A stretch of DNA of 64,000 bases, from NCBI GenBank assembly GCA_963665235.2, contig CAXXLX010000001.1:448001-512000 (forward strand). Reading direction: 5' to 3'. Both the position numbers and the translations under genes were made by a program. The notes below the pieces were generated by a model, which was not told the DNA's origin, did not search any database, and was given only the letters and a program-made list of their open reading frames with translations. Shown in pieces: positions 21,102 to 32,094 of the stretch (position 1 is its first letter; each line of letters opens with the position of its first letter). The DNA comes from Candidatus Poribacteria bacterium. Its GTDB lineage: Bacteria; Poribacteria; WGA-4E; WGA-3G.

Positions 21102-21794
21102 ATGAAAAAAAATAATTCCCCTAAGAACGTCGCTAAATCTGTCAAGAACTACTTTGATAAGGCTCAGAAATTATACGAACAAAAAGATTATAGTGCTGCT
21201 ATATCTACGCTTGACGAGGCTATTAATTTAGACCCTAACAATGCAAACGCCTATAGTAACAGAGGCCTCTCGAAAGACCTTTTAAAACAATACTTTGAGG
21301 CACTCTCCGACTTTGACGAGGCTATCCGTTTAGACCCTAACAATGCAAACGCCTATCATAACAGAGGAAACACAAAATACAAATTGGGACACCCTAAAGA
21401 TGCTATCCTTGATTTTGACGAGGCTATTCGACTTGACCCAGAATTAGTAATAGCCTATAGCAACCGTTCCGTTGTGAAAAGCGAGATAGGGCAACATTTC
21501 GAATCCATAGCCGATTTGGACATGATCATCCGTTTAGAGCCTGAAAATGACACAGCATACAATGATAGAGGATTCGAGAAAGCATTTCTTGGACACTATG
21601 AAGCTGCTATATTTGACTACGACGCGGCTATTCGCATAAATTCCAAAAATGCAGAGGCGTACTTCAACCGTGGACTTTCCAAAAAGAGATTAGGGCGCAC
21701 AGCAGAGGCAGAACAAGATTTTCAGAAAGCACTCAGTTTAGCACAAGAAGCAGGAGATGTGGAACTTATAACCACAATTAAGAAGTATACGTGA
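21102..21794 (+). CDS. Tetratricopeptide repeat protein
   Basis: About six AYxNRG...DFDEAIRLDP repeats. Confidence 0.9.
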   Translation: MKKNNSPKNVAKSVKNYFDKAQKLYEQKDYSAAISTLDEAINLDPNNANAYSNRGLSKDLLKQYFEALSDFDEAIRLDPNNANAYHNRGNTKYKLGHPKDAILDFDEAIRLDPELVIAYSNRSVVKSEIGQHFESIADLDMIIRLEPENDTAYNDRGFEKAFLGHYEAAIFDYDAAIRINSKNAEAYFNRGLSKKRLGRTAEAEQDFQKALSLAQEAGDVELITTIKKYT

Positions 21795-21801
21795 TAGCAC
21801 T

Positions 21802-22412
21802 GTGATAGACCCCTAGCTAAAGCTTAGGGGACTTCCGTAAAGTTTTACGAAAGCGTTTGTGCCGTCAAGATATGATGCTTTACTTTCTAACAGATAGAAA
21901 AGAAAAGGCTTCTACCTACTCTGACAAAGGTTTCTACCCAAACCTTTTTGAAACTTAATCTATTGTACGTTGTAGTTCTCCATTACGAGTCTTCTACAAA
22001 ACTTCCACATAAGCGTTTTAGGGTTAGGTCAAGTTTCACCGTTGAAGCCACCAGTCTATATATATAATACCATTTCTAATTGAAAATATCTCTTTATTGT
22101 AGCATAAACTTCCAGTTTGTGTTCTTTATCGTAGCATAAACTTCCAGTTTGTGTTCTTTATCGTAGCATAAACTTCCAGTTTGTGTTCTTTATCGTAGCA
22201 TAAACTTCCAGTTTGTGTTCTTTATCGTAGCATAAACTTCCAGTTTGTGTCTTCCGTTCTCCGTTTCATTTCCAACAACCGGTAATGATAGAATAATTAA
22301 TAAAAATGGTATAATACTACATTTTAATGCAAAAGTCAAATTAAAATTTTAGCTCATGCGCCGCTACTACATCCCCCAGCTAAAGCACGGGGGTTTTGTA
22401 GCGGAAGACTTG
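21802..22412 (-). mobile_element. Non-autonomous IS200/IS605-derived element interrupted by a family C MITE
   Basis: Subterminal hairpins CCCCTAG-CTAAAG-CTTAGGGG and CCCCCAG-CTAAAG-CACGGGGG. Minus strand starts TTAT|CAAG and ends TCAC. No ORF. Confidence 0.75.
22068..22311. mobile_element. MITE family C with 5 x 32-bp REP units
   Basis: TIR TACCATTT...AAATGGTA with TAA flanks; units at 22099, 22131, 22163, 22195, 22227. Confidence 0.85.
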
Positions 22413-22432
22413 ATAAAAAAGGAGACAGTCTG

Positions 22433-24142
22433 ATGACACAACCTAACTTAGTCTTCGTCATCACGGATGACCAGGGCTATGGCGATTTAGGATGCACCGG
22501 AAATTCCGTTATCAACACGCCAAACCTTGACGCACTCGCGGGGGAGAGCGTCCAACTACAGAACCTCCACGTCGGTCCCACCTGTTCCCCGACGCGCGCA
22601 GGTATCATGACCGGCCGATACTGCAACTCGACAGGAGTCTGGCATACCATCGGCGGCCGTTCCCTGCTCCGCAGCGATGAGGTCACGATGGCAGATATTT
22701 TCCGACGCAACGGCTATAAAACCGGCATGTTTGGCAAATGGCATCTCGGCGATAACTATCCGTTCCGTCCGCACGACCGTGGGTTTGAAGAAGCTCTCTA
22801 TCACGGCGGCGGCGGTATCAGTCAAACCCCCGATTACTGGGGCAATGACTATTTTGATGATACCTACTTCAACAATGGGTCTGAACAACCTTTTGATGGG
22901 TATTGCACCGATGTTTGGTTTCAGGAGGCGATGGCATTTATTGAGCGAAACCGAAATCGTCCATTTTTCTGCTATCTGCCTACCAATGCCCCCCACGGCC
23001 CGTTCCGTGTTCCGGATGCCTATAGTGAGGTATACCGAAGGAAAGGCGAGCCGGAAGCGCGTGCCTGTTTCTACGGCATGATTACCAACATTGACGACAA
23101 CATGGCGCGGCTCCGGCATCACCTCAAAGTGCTCGGTATTGAAGAAAACACTATCCTCATCTTTATGACAGATAACGGTTCTGCTGCCGGATGCGACCTA
23201 GATGAACAGCAGTTCGTCAAAGCGGGTTATAATGCTGGCATGCGTGGTAAAAAAGGTTCACCCTATGAAGGTGGGCATCGTGTACCGCTTTTTATGCATT
23301 GGCCCGGTGGCGGTTTTTCACAAAAGAGAGAGATTGACGAACTCACTGCTAACATAGATTTACTGCCAACCTTAATTGACCTCTGTGATTTGGAAATCTC
23401 CGAAACGTCTCGTTTCCACGGCACCAGCATCGCCCCACTATTGCAAGATAAATTAGTGGAATGGGAAGACCGGGTGATTGTGACCGATTCACAACGCGTT
23501 GAAAATCCGATTAAGTGGAAACATAGTGCCACAATGTCACAAAGATGGAGACTTATCAACGGCACCGAGCTCTACGACATTCAAGCGGACCCCGGACAAC
23601 GTGAGGACATCGCTGATGCACATCCCGAAGTCGTTGCGGACCTCCGTGAGCATTATGAAGCATGGTGGACGTTAGTTTCAGAGCGGTTTGATGAGGAGTG
23701 TCCAATTGTGGTCGGCACACAAAACGAACAGGTGGCGTGTCTGACAACGCACGATTGGCACGGTAAAGGGCACGCGTGGAATCAGGGAGCAATACGCCGC
23801 GGTATGGAATGTAACGGTTATTGGGCAGTTGATATCCCGGAGGATGGTGAGTACAGTTTTGAGCTCCGCCGCTGGCCCCGTGAGGAGAACAGAGCCATCA
23901 CCGATGGCATCCCCGGGGACCACATTGACCTCTATAACGGCGGTAAGGCATTAGACCTGAAAACAGCACAAATCCGTATCAACGAGCAGTCTGGCACACA
24001 AGCGATTAAACCTGATGCAGTCGGTGTAACTTTTACGTTCGAACTGAAGGCGGGGCAAACGCGTCTCCATACACAGTTCTCCGATGAAACGGGTGAGCTG
24101 ACACTTGGGGCCTATTATGTCTATGTGAAGCGGGTGATTTAA
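22433..24142 (+). CDS. Arylsulfatase (formylglycine-dependent)
   Basis: DDQGYGD, CSPTR, GKWHLG, DNG, YEGGHRVP. Confidence 0.93.
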   Translation: MTQPNLVFVITDDQGYGDLGCTGNSVINTPNLDALAGESVQLQNLHVGPTCSPTRAGIMTGRYCNSTGVWHTIGGRSLLRSDEVTMADIFRRNGYKTGMFGKWHLGDNYPFRPHDRGFEEALYHGGGGISQTPDYWGNDYFDDTYFNNGSEQPFDGYCTDVWFQEAMAFIERNRNRPFFCYLPTNAPHGPFRVPDAYSEVYRRKGEPEARACFYGMITNIDDNMARLRHHLKVLGIEENTILIFMTDNGSAAGCDLDEQQFVKAGYNAGMRGKKGSPYEGGHRVPLFMHWPGGGFSQKREIDELTANIDLLPTLIDLCDLEISETSRFHGTSIAPLLQDKLVEWEDRVIVTDSQRVENPIKWKHSATMSQRWRLINGTELYDIQADPGQREDIADAHPEVVADLREHYEAWWTLVSERFDEECPIVVGTQNEQVACLTTHDWHGKGHAWNQGAIRRGMECNGYWAVDIPEDGEYSFELRRWPREENRAITDGIPGDHIDLYNGGKALDLKTAQIRINEQSGTQAIKPDAVGVTFTFELKAGQTRLHTQFSDETGELTLGAYYVYVKRVI

Positions 24143-24277
24143 GCACATGAAAAGGGGTGGTGCATTCCAGAAATTTCAACCCCATTTAATTTGCTTTTAT
24201 TGTCAAGTTAGCGTATAATGACAGTAGTAGGCATTCCCCGAATGCCGTAACCTCTGTGACATAAAGGAGAAAATGGT

Positions 24278-25318
24278 ATGTATAAATGTGCAATTTTAGG
24301 ATGTCGTGGACGTGCCCGTGCCCACGCTCGCGCTTACGACGATGTTAAAGGTGGCAAACTCGCCGCTATTTGTGATATGAACGAAGAGCTTCTCACCGGA
24401 TTCGGCGAAGATTTTGGGATTGACGCACGTTACACCGACTTAGACGAAATGCTCTCTAAAGAGAAACCTGACCTGTTACACATTGTAACTGCCCCGGTTT
24501 TACGCGGCACCAACGAGCGAATTCGGTATCCGTTGCTGAATCAGGCATCAGAACACGGGGTACCAGCAGTCATTATTGAGAAACCGATTGCCGTTGAAAG
24601 CGAAGACTGGCGACAAATCTACGAACTCTCCAAACGCACTAAAACCAAAATTGCTATCAATACACAGCTGAACTTCCACCCTCAAAACCTGGAATTGAAA
24701 CGGGATGTGGCAGAAGGCAAAATTGGTGCAATTAAATTTATTGAGGCAAGCGCGCGGAACCCTCCCGTAGACCAAGCACCGCACGTCCTACAGTTAGTCT
24801 CCTCCTATATTGACAACTCTCAACCAGTGAAAGTGCTTGGACAAATTGCAGGAGCAGGAAATTTAGATGGCGCACAACCCTCCCCTGCGAACGCTACAGG
24901 GGTCGTCACATATCAAAACGGCGTTCAAGCCTCAGTCGCGTTCGGTCCGGAGATGGCACCCCGTGTGAATCCCGGAACCGGCAATAATCGGCATAAACGG
25001 GTCTGTGTCTTTGGCGAAACAGGGTTTGTACACTGGCGGTTCGAAAGCTGGGAACGATACACACCTGAGGGCGGGTATGAAGGCGGAAACCTGAGCTATG
25101 GCGCACAAAATGCAATCGCGCAAACCAATTTAACAGAGGCTATGTTTGAATGGCTTGACGATGATAACAAGGTTCACCCGACAAACCTACCGCAATCCCT
25201 CGCAGAATTCAATCTGCTTTTAGGAATTTACTATAGCGGTTTGAGTAATGCCGTCATTGACTTACCATTTGACCCGCCGGATGGATTGATGGACATGTTC
25301 CGTGAACGTCTTCAGTGA
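24278..25318 (+). CDS. Gfo/Idh/MocA oxidoreductase
   Basis: N-terminal Rossmann fold, IEKPIA. Confidence 0.85.
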   Translation: MYKCAILGCRGRARAHARAYDDVKGGKLAAICDMNEELLTGFGEDFGIDARYTDLDEMLSKEKPDLLHIVTAPVLRGTNERIRYPLLNQASEHGVPAVIIEKPIAVESEDWRQIYELSKRTKTKIAINTQLNFHPQNLELKRDVAEGKIGAIKFIEASARNPPVDQAPHVLQLVSSYIDNSQPVKVLGQIAGAGNLDGAQPSPANATGVVTYQNGVQASVAFGPEMAPRVNPGTGNNRHKRVCVFGETGFVHWRFESWERYTPEGGYEGGNLSYGAQNAIAQTNLTEAMFEWLDDDNKVHPTNLPQSLAEFNLLLGIYYSGLSNAVIDLPFDPPDGLMDMFRERLQ

Positions 25319-25416
25319 AACCTATAAGCATCACCCTAACGTGTAGGCGGCCCGCGGTTTGTAGGCGCGCCTTGTAAGCACGTCTACAAACCCCGACTTA
25401 GGCAAGGAGAATCCGC

Positions 25417-26574
25417 GTGGAAAATGTTATCTACATGGACAACCATGCAACAACACCAATCGCCCCCGAAGTATTAGATGCCATGATGCCCTACTTAACC
25501 ACACACTTCGGCAATGCAGCCAGCACACACCCGTTCGGCGTTAGTGCGAAAAACGCTGTAGACAAGGCACGTCAACAGGTCGCCATACTGCTTGGATGTA
25601 CAACAGACGAGATCATCTTCACCAGCGGGGCAACCGAATCGGACAATCTCGCCATCAGGGGAATTGCCTACGCCTCTAAACCGAAAGGCAACCATATCAT
25701 CACCAGCACTGCTGAACATCATGCAATCCTTGATACATGCCACGCCCTTGCCACGGAAGGTTTTGAAATCACCTACCTCCCTGTGGACAAATACGGAAGG
25801 GTAAGTCCTGATGACGTTGCAGCTGCAATTACGTCAAAGACCATCCTCATGAGTTTCATGTACGCCAATAACGAGGTCGGCACGATAAACCCAATTGTCG
25901 ATATTGCTGCCATCGCTGGTAAACACGGCGTGCCGTTTCATTCAGATGCGGTGCAAGGTATCGGTAAACTACAGTCAAATATGGAGACATTAGGGCTTGA
26001 TATCGCATCTATCACTGCACATAAAATTTACGGTCCGAAAGGTATCGGCGCACTTTATGTTAAACAGGACAATCCGCTGACACCACTTTTCTATGGGGGC
26101 GGACAAGAACACGGTATCCGCCCGGGTACACTGAATGTAGCAGGAATTGTTGGTTTAGGCGCAGCGTGTGAAACGTGTCAAATCGCAATGGACCTGAAAA
26201 CCGAGGAGAAAGTCGTTGGTCCGCTGCGAGACGCACTGCATCAGAAATTAGCATCGCAGTTAGCGGATGTCCATCTCAATGGGCATCCTGAAGAACGTTT
26301 GCTTGGCAACCTAAACCTCAGTTTTGCCGGTGTCCAAAGCGATGCACTCTTGATGGGGCTCAAAAGCGTCGCCGTTTCCACAGGCTCCGCGTGTGATTCG
26401 GAGTCCGTGAAGGCATCGCATGTCCTTGTTGCCATGGGTGTTCCGAATGATTTGGCACTAACCGCTATCCGTTTCGGTCTAGGCCGTTACAACACAACCA
26501 AAGAGGTTGACATCGTCGCCGATGAAGTCGTAAAGGTCGTGAACCGGTTGCGTGAATTCGCGATAGAAACGTAG
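25417..26574 (+). CDS. iscS: Cysteine desulfurase (IscS/NifS)
   Basis: YMDNHATTP, FTSGATES, AHKIYGPKG, STGSAC. Confidence 0.9.
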   Translation: MENVIYMDNHATTPIAPEVLDAMMPYLTTHFGNAASTHPFGVSAKNAVDKARQQVAILLGCTTDEIIFTSGATESDNLAIRGIAYASKPKGNHIITSTAEHHAILDTCHALATEGFEITYLPVDKYGRVSPDDVAAAITSKTILMSFMYANNEVGTINPIVDIAAIAGKHGVPFHSDAVQGIGKLQSNMETLGLDIASITAHKIYGPKGIGALYVKQDNPLTPLFYGGGQEHGIRPGTLNVAGIVGLGAACETCQIAMDLKTEEKVVGPLRDALHQKLASQLADVHLNGHPEERLLGNLNLSFAGVQSDALLMGLKSVAVSTGSACDSESVKASHVLVAMGVPNDLALTAIRFGLGRYNTTKEVDIVADEVVKVVNRLREFAIET

Positions 26575-26587
26575 ATTGGAGATACAC

Positions 26588-27181
26588 ATGTCATCTATTG
26601 TTGCCCAAACCTACCTAACCCCCAAGGAATACATCACTTCCGAACGAAAAGCGACGCTCAAAAGCGAATACCTAAGCGGAGAGATAGTCGCAATGTCCGG
26701 GGCAAGTAATGCCCATAATCTTATTACGATGAATACCGCAACCGGACTTTACAATCAATTAACAGAACGGGGATGTAGAGTCTATGCTAGCGACATGCGC
26801 GTCGGAATTGGTGCAGGCATTTCCTATTTCTATCCGGATGTTGCTGTCGTCTGCGATAAACCCCGCTTTGAGGATAACGTCCTTGATACGTTGATTAACC
26901 CGATAGTTGTGATAGAAGTACTTTCGCCATCAACTGAAGTATATGACAGAGGCGAGAAATTTACGCGCTACCAGCAATTAGAATCGTTGGTAGAATACGT
27001 CCTGATTTCACAAGACCGGGTTCGGGTTGAACACTATCTTCGGCAAGGCGAGGGGTGGCCACGGCGTGAATTTACCTCCATTGACGATATACTCCCGCTT
27101 ATATCCATTGATGCGGAACTCGCTTTGCAGCAGATTTACAGATTTGTTGAGGTAGAAAATCAAATTACAAACCGCGTCTAA
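26588..27181 (+). CDS. Uma2 family endonuclease
   Basis: EYLSGEIVAMSG, YPDV, IEVLSPST, DRGEKF. Confidence 0.9.
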   Translation: MSSIVAQTYLTPKEYITSERKATLKSEYLSGEIVAMSGASNAHNLITMNTATGLYNQLTERGCRVYASDMRVGIGAGISYFYPDVAVVCDKPRFEDNVLDTLINPIVVIEVLSPSTEVYDRGEKFTRYQQLESLVEYVLISQDRVRVEHYLRQGEGWPRREFTSIDDILPLISIDAELALQQIYRFVEVENQITNRV

Positions 27182-27303
27182 AAGGCCTCCTAAACCAACA
27201 CCTTTTTCACAAAATATTTACGCGTCCCATCTTCAAAAAACATTGCACTCTGTTTACAGGTACGGTATACCTATCCTAGGGGTCAGTTTTCTAAAATTGA
27301 CAC

Positions 27304-28191
27304 CTAAAGCCTCGTAATAGCAATACCCTGTTCACCTGCTACAGAATAAAGCAGCCACGTTTCCCCATCCTCACAATAGATATCAGGGTCCCGCAGTTGA
27401 TGCACCTGTTCCCGGTCAAGCCCATTCGTCGAGGGAACAATGGGTATATCCACACCTTCAAAATCGTATTTCGGCGCGATAACCTCTGTCGGCGGAGATG
27501 CCTGCCAATCGTTCCAATCTTCAGTCAATTGCACAGTGCTCTTTAGAATACGCTCTGGCGTATCGCCATAAAGCGAATAATAGACAGTAAGCGTCCCTCC
27601 CACAACCTGATTCGCTGTGTGACGTGGCGTGCCATCTCTTCCTTTACCCGGTGTGCCGGGAAAAAGCGGTGTATCTCGTCGTTCAAACACAGTTGTCCAT
27701 TCAGCGGTTTTACCACGGTTCAGGATATTGTGATTTGTTGCATAAGGCAGCCCTTCCCACCAAAAAACACGAAAATAGGGCCCCTGCTGCTTCTCCAACG
27801 TTTCCGATGCGTTGTAATGGATACCATCAGGCGAAGTCGCCCAACAGGTTGCCTGTCCCCCCCGGTAATTTCCGTGAAAATACATAATAAAGCGGCGGTT
27901 TTCCTCGTCTATATGCACATCTGGCGACGCAATGTGGTCGCACCCTCGAAAGACGGTTTTATCACGGTGCAGCGAACCGGGCTGGTAAACAGTATAGGGC
28001 CCCTCAATCTCATCGGCGTAAGCTAAGCGGATATATGCACCGCGATGATGGGCGAAATAGAGGTAGTATTCACCTAACCGGTTCTCTACCCACCCCGGTA
28101 CACGGACAAGTGACGGGCCATTGATATTGGAGAATCCATGTTCTCTATCAATATCGGGCGTATCTGGATGAATCAGGAGTGTACGTTCCAT
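27304..28191 (-). CDS. Beta-propeller glycoside hydrolase-like protein (GH43/32-like)
   Basis: NINGPS, YYLYFAHH, HIASPDV, QLRDP blade motifs. Confidence 0.65.
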   Translation of the reverse strand: MERTLLIHPDTPDIDREHGFSNINGPSLVRVPGWVENRLGEYYLYFAHHRGAYIRLAYADEIEGPYTVYQPGSLHRDKTVFRGCDHIASPDVHIDEENRRFIMYFHGNYRGGQATCWATSPDGIHYNASETLEKQQGPYFRVFWWEGLPYATNHNILNRGKTAEWTTVFERRDTPLFPGTPGKGRDGTPRHTANQVVGGTLTVYYSLYGDTPERILKSTVQLTEDWNDWQASPPTEVIAPKYDFEGVDIPIVPSTNGLDREQVHQLRDPDIYCEDGETWLLYSVAGEQGIAITRL

Positions 28192-28217
28192 AGTCTTCCT
28201 CCTTGTATGACAATTTC

Positions 28218-29033
28218 TTAATCGTGTGCCTGAAACCGATAGATTTCTTGTGTTTCTTCAGACATGTGAGCCCACGTCTCTCCTGGGATACGCGTTCTGA
28301 AGATGTTCGGCGCATCGGGCGCGTGATGAAACCTCCGGAAATAGACAAGCGCAAGCATGTGGCGAACCGTTTGGCTGCGGTTCGGCATCGCCCGGTGCCA
28401 GCACCGCATATCCCGAACGACCACAGACCCCGCAGGCATCACTAACTGAAAAGATGGAAGTTGTGCTGCCCGCTCCTCCTCACAGACGTTGTAAGGCGTA
28501 TTGCGTACCGCCGCATCATCAACGATGAGATGTGAGCCAGGCCACACCTCTGTCGCCCCATTTTCCACCGTGAAATCAACCAATGGAATGTTGACGACGA
28601 TTGTTGAGACCGGCAGTGCAAACGGCAATTCAGGAAAAAGTTGTCCTGAATCCCGGTGAATCCACTGGACATCGCTGCCCGGGCGAGTGGTGTTACATCC
28701 GTAGGGCAGGTATGCGAAAATTTTCTCGCCCATCGCAGCCTTCATTATCGGAATTGCAAACGGGTTGTCAATAATCCGCGCATCCATAAACGGCATTTTG
28801 AGCATCGGGTGCTCCTTTTTTGGAGCATCTTCCCCCAGCTCAAGCACTGCTTCCATTGCGACGTTGACCTCGGCTATCCAATCGCGCGGGAGTACACTTT
28901 CAATAACAACTAAGCCTGCCTCACGTAAAAGGCGCGTGCCAGCCTCAATACTTTCTTGCGTAGGTTTGCCTTCAGCGCGTTCCTGCGCGGAAATCTCAAG
29001 TTTAGGAATGTTTATCGTTGTTCCAGTGCTCAC
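28218..29033 (-). CDS. PhyH family Fe(II)/2-oxoglutarate dioxygenase
   Basis: HRD, NGATEVWPGSH, WHRAMPN. Confidence 0.88.
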   Translation of the reverse strand: MSTGTTINIPKLEISAQERAEGKPTQESIEAGTRLLREAGLVVIESVLPRDWIAEVNVAMEAVLELGEDAPKKEHPMLKMPFMDARIIDNPFAIPIMKAAMGEKIFAYLPYGCNTTRPGSDVQWIHRDSGQLFPELPFALPVSTIVVNIPLVDFTVENGATEVWPGSHLIVDDAAVRNTPYNVCEEERAAQLPSFQLVMPAGSVVVRDMRCWHRAMPNRSQTVRHMLALVYFRRFHHAPDAPNIFRTRIPGETWAHMSEETQEIYRFQAHD

Positions 29034-29041
29034 AAGTTAAC

Positions 29042-29821
29042 CTATTTCTTTTCTACTAAATTCGGGGGGAATTTCAGTTCTGTTCTGACCGCTGTCCGTA
29101 CCGTCCTGCAGATTTTCACAGCATGCGTTGCATTTTCAGCAGTCGCCGACTTCCCGGGATAGCGGAATTCTACTGCATACGGGGCGATAATTGAAAGCTC
29201 TGGCTGCCAAACGTGCCAACTCGGAATAGTTGGGATAATCAAACCTAACAGAGCCAACAAATCGTGCGATTTTGGTAAAGCAATTTTTGCCTCTTGTAGC
29301 CACGCCTTTAAATACTTCTCTATGCACTGCTGGGCGTGAAAACAGATAAAATCGAAGTCCGGAGCTGCCGCCTGTTGGTGCAATGCTATTGCGGCATAAT
29401 CCCTCTCCGCTTTCTCTATCCATTCCGCCGTTAATGGATTCATAACAGATTTTTCCTTATTAGGTATTGCTTTGCGCTTTTTCTTACTGCGGGAAAATTC
29501 AGGTGCTTCATAAAGGACTGCGCCTTTTTCTGTAATCTCGCGAAGAAACCAGTCGTTATAGGAGACGCGATAGGCAATCTCCTCCGGGGAACGCACCAGC
29601 AAATCCATGCTAAACCTACGTGGAATCCGCTGCCAAATTTCCGCAGCCTGTTGACTCGTCTCGGATTCCGGAATATCCATAACAACGAGCAGGTCTACGT
29701 CCGAATCCTCCGTAGGGGTACCATAAGCGTAAGAACCGAACAAGATCACCTGTAACGGCGAAAACTCACGAACTATGTCATCACAAGCAGCTTGAATGTC
29801 TTTGCGCGTAATCATCTGCAC
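29042..29821 (-). CDS. Fused MNT nucleotidyltransferase-HEPN protein
   Basis: LFGSYAYG...DSDVDLLV, then EWIEKAERD, FHAQQCIEKYLKA, HDL, RYPG. Confidence 0.88.
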   Translation of the reverse strand: MQMITRKDIQAACDDIVREFSPLQVILFGSYAYGTPTEDSDVDLLVVMDIPESETSQQAAEIWQRIPRRFSMDLLVRSPEEIAYRVSYNDWFLREITEKGAVLYEAPEFSRSKKKRKAIPNKEKSVMNPLTAEWIEKAERDYAAIALHQQAAAPDFDFICFHAQQCIEKYLKAWLQEAKIALPKSHDLLALLGLIIPTIPSWHVWQPELSIIAPYAVEFRYPGKSATAENATHAVKICRTVRTAVRTELKFPPNLVEKK

Positions 29822-29845
29822 TCCCTCCTATTTTTTCTAAGTATA

Positions 29846-29996
29846 ACGTGAGCTTGATAATAAATATCCGTTTGCTCTAAACCTTTTTCATCGCGAAAAA
29901 AGCGGTATAATTGTAGCATAAACTTCCTAGTTTGTGCTGGTTTTTGCTAAAACTACCACAGAACGCTCTAGGTCAAAACTTTTTTCAAACTCGCGT
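29846..29996. mobile_element. MITE family B (151 bp) carrying one GTAG REP
   Basis: Ends ACGTGAG...CTCGCGT with TAAGTATA duplication; near-identical copy at 38295-38445. Confidence 0.8.
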
Positions 29997-30004
29997 TAAG
30001 TATA

Positions 30005-30135
30005 CTATAGTTTGGACAATATCCGTGAGACTAATGCCCGATTTTCAAAGCATTTCTGATTTTTCTCTTCTTCCAACCTTCCACCTATCCGTTTGACAAG
30101 AACGTTGTGCCTCCCTAAAACTGTCCAAAGTTTAG
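30005..30135. mobile_element. MITE family A, minimal copy
   Basis: Both TIRs present; TAAGTATA duplication. Confidence 0.8.
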
Positions 30136-30249
30136 TAAGTATACCATAAAATCTAAAAAAAGAGCAAAGTGTGTGAAAAAATTGTTGTTTTCTTATGCAA
30201 ATTTGTGTAAAATTGAATTAATCGCTAAAGAATAAAGGAGTAATACCTC

Positions 30250-31038
30250 ATGACACCTGAAGTCGCCCTAGAAAAACGGAACCAGATGCTACGCGACGGT
30301 TACTGCATTGTTGACGACGTTTTAACACCAGAATTCTTACAAGAACTCCACGACGAATCGGAACGTCTCATCACAGGTCACGTGGAACCCGATGAAATGA
30401 TCTACCAAGGACAGCATGTAAACGTCCGTGGCGCAGATAACCCTCATATTCAAAAGTTGCTACAGTGGCAACCATCACGAGAGGCATTAGAGCAACTCGG
30501 TTTCGGAGATTTCGCCGCATCAGGCGGAATTATTATCCTAACAAAAGAACCCGGAGGGCCACCCCTCTATTGGCATCAAGACTGGATGCGTTGGAATGAC
30601 CCACTGAGTTGTTCCCCCTGGCCCCAAACGATTTTTCTCAATTACTATCTAACCGATACGACACGGGAAAACGGATGTTTAAAGGTTATACCGGGCACCC
30701 ATCTCAAGCGAATAGATTTGCACGACCAACTCGTGCCAGCACATGAACAAGGCGCACGGTTTATCGATGAAGACCATCCGCTCATGTTCAGTGACCATCC
30801 CGCTCAGGTGGATGTCCGCGCTAAAGCCGGCGCATTAGTGATAGCAGATGCTAGAGTTTTACACGGTGCCCACAGAAATCATACCGATAAACGACGAACT
30901 CTAATCTTGGCATGGCACAGCCGTCCAAACACCGTTCCTGACTATTGGGATAAGGAAATTCCTGAACCGATTGCCAATCGCGACGAAAATGGAAACTATC
31001 CCGGTTCACGTATCCCAGGAGCATTTTTGAAGCCTTAG
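30250..31038 (+). CDS. PhyH family dioxygenase
   Basis: WHQD, NGCLKVIPGTH, LHGAHRN. Confidence 0.9.
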   Translation: MTPEVALEKRNQMLRDGYCIVDDVLTPEFLQELHDESERLITGHVEPDEMIYQGQHVNVRGADNPHIQKLLQWQPSREALEQLGFGDFAASGGIIILTKEPGGPPLYWHQDWMRWNDPLSCSPWPQTIFLNYYLTDTTRENGCLKVIPGTHLKRIDLHDQLVPAHEQGARFIDEDHPLMFSDHPAQVDVRAKAGALVIADARVLHGAHRNHTDKRRTLILAWHSRPNTVPDYWDKEIPEPIANRDENGNYPGSRIPGAFLKP

Positions 31039-31190
31039 TGTACTGACTATTGGCTTCGCTAGCTTATGGCAAGAAGTTTTAGATGCTAAATAGAGGTTTA
31101 ACGCGCGTCAAAAACCTCTTACTCTTGCCAATTGCTAATTGCCAATTGCTAATTGCCATTTACTAAAATAGGAATAGGAGGAAAAAACGG

Positions 31191-32036
31191 ATGAAAGGCC
31201 CGCCTTTATTAAACATTTTATCGCTCGGTCTAATACCGATAGTGCTCACATTGACTGTGTCCGCAGCCAACTTTGATGCAACGGACCTGGTCATCTATTA
31301 CAGTTTTGATGCGGACACACTTGTAGAATTGGACAAGGATGGGCTTGTAGAAACAGATGTTTTAGATAAGTCCGGAAATGGAAACAACGGGCTCCTTCAC
31401 GGCACAAACCTCAAAATTGTGGAAGGTAAAGTGAATGAATGTCTAGAGCTGCCAGGGGCAGCAGCCGAATATGTAGCGGTGAGAAATCTCAATTATGTGG
31501 AAGGAATCCCTGAACTTAGCATGGCTGCTTGGATTAAGACTTCACAAAGAGGCATAATTGCCTCCTGGGACCGCAGCGAATTTTTCCGGTTCGGCGCAGG
31601 CGACGACCAACTCGGAAATACCACCTTTGTCGCCTTTGACATTTGCTGCCCTATACGCGACTGGCACGGAGAAGTCGAAGTTACAGATGACCAATGGCAT
31701 CATGTCGCTGTAACGTTTGATGCTGAAACAAAGCGGATATACGTCGACGGCGAATTGGATATGGAAGCACCGACACACACAAATAATAAACTAATCGGAC
31801 CGAGGGCACAACGGTACGGATTTATCGGCGTTGGCTCAGAAGCAGCCACTTTCGGAGGGCCCCCGGGGCCCACGAACTGGGCTTACAAAGGTTTGATAGA
31901 TGAGTTTCTCTTATTCCATCGAGCACTCTCTGAAGATGAGGTTACGCGCCTTGCCAAAGCCCGTGGGAACCCCTTCGCTGTCGAACCGGACAGCAAATTG
32001 AGCACAACCTGGGCAGAAATTAAAAACGTCAGATAG
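31191..32036 (+). CDS. Secreted LamG/ConA-like protein with C-terminal TTWAEIK tail
   Basis: Signal peptide, WHHVAVTFD, IYVDG, GLIDEF, tail AVEPDSKLSTTWAEIK. Confidence 0.85.
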   Translation: MKGPPLLNILSLGLIPIVLTLTVSAANFDATDLVIYYSFDADTLVELDKDGLVETDVLDKSGNGNNGLLHGTNLKIVEGKVNECLELPGAAAEYVAVRNLNYVEGIPELSMAAWIKTSQRGIIASWDRSEFFRFGAGDDQLGNTTFVAFDICCPIRDWHGEVEVTDDQWHHVAVTFDAETKRIYVDGELDMEAPTHTNNKLIGPRAQRYGFIGVGSEAATFGGPPGPTNWAYKGLIDEFLLFHRALSEDEVTRLAKARGNPFAVEPDSKLSTTWAEIKNVR

Positions 32037-32094
32037 AAAGAAACGGGCGGGCCCCTCATACACCCGTTTTTCTTGTCTCTCCGAAATTGCAATT

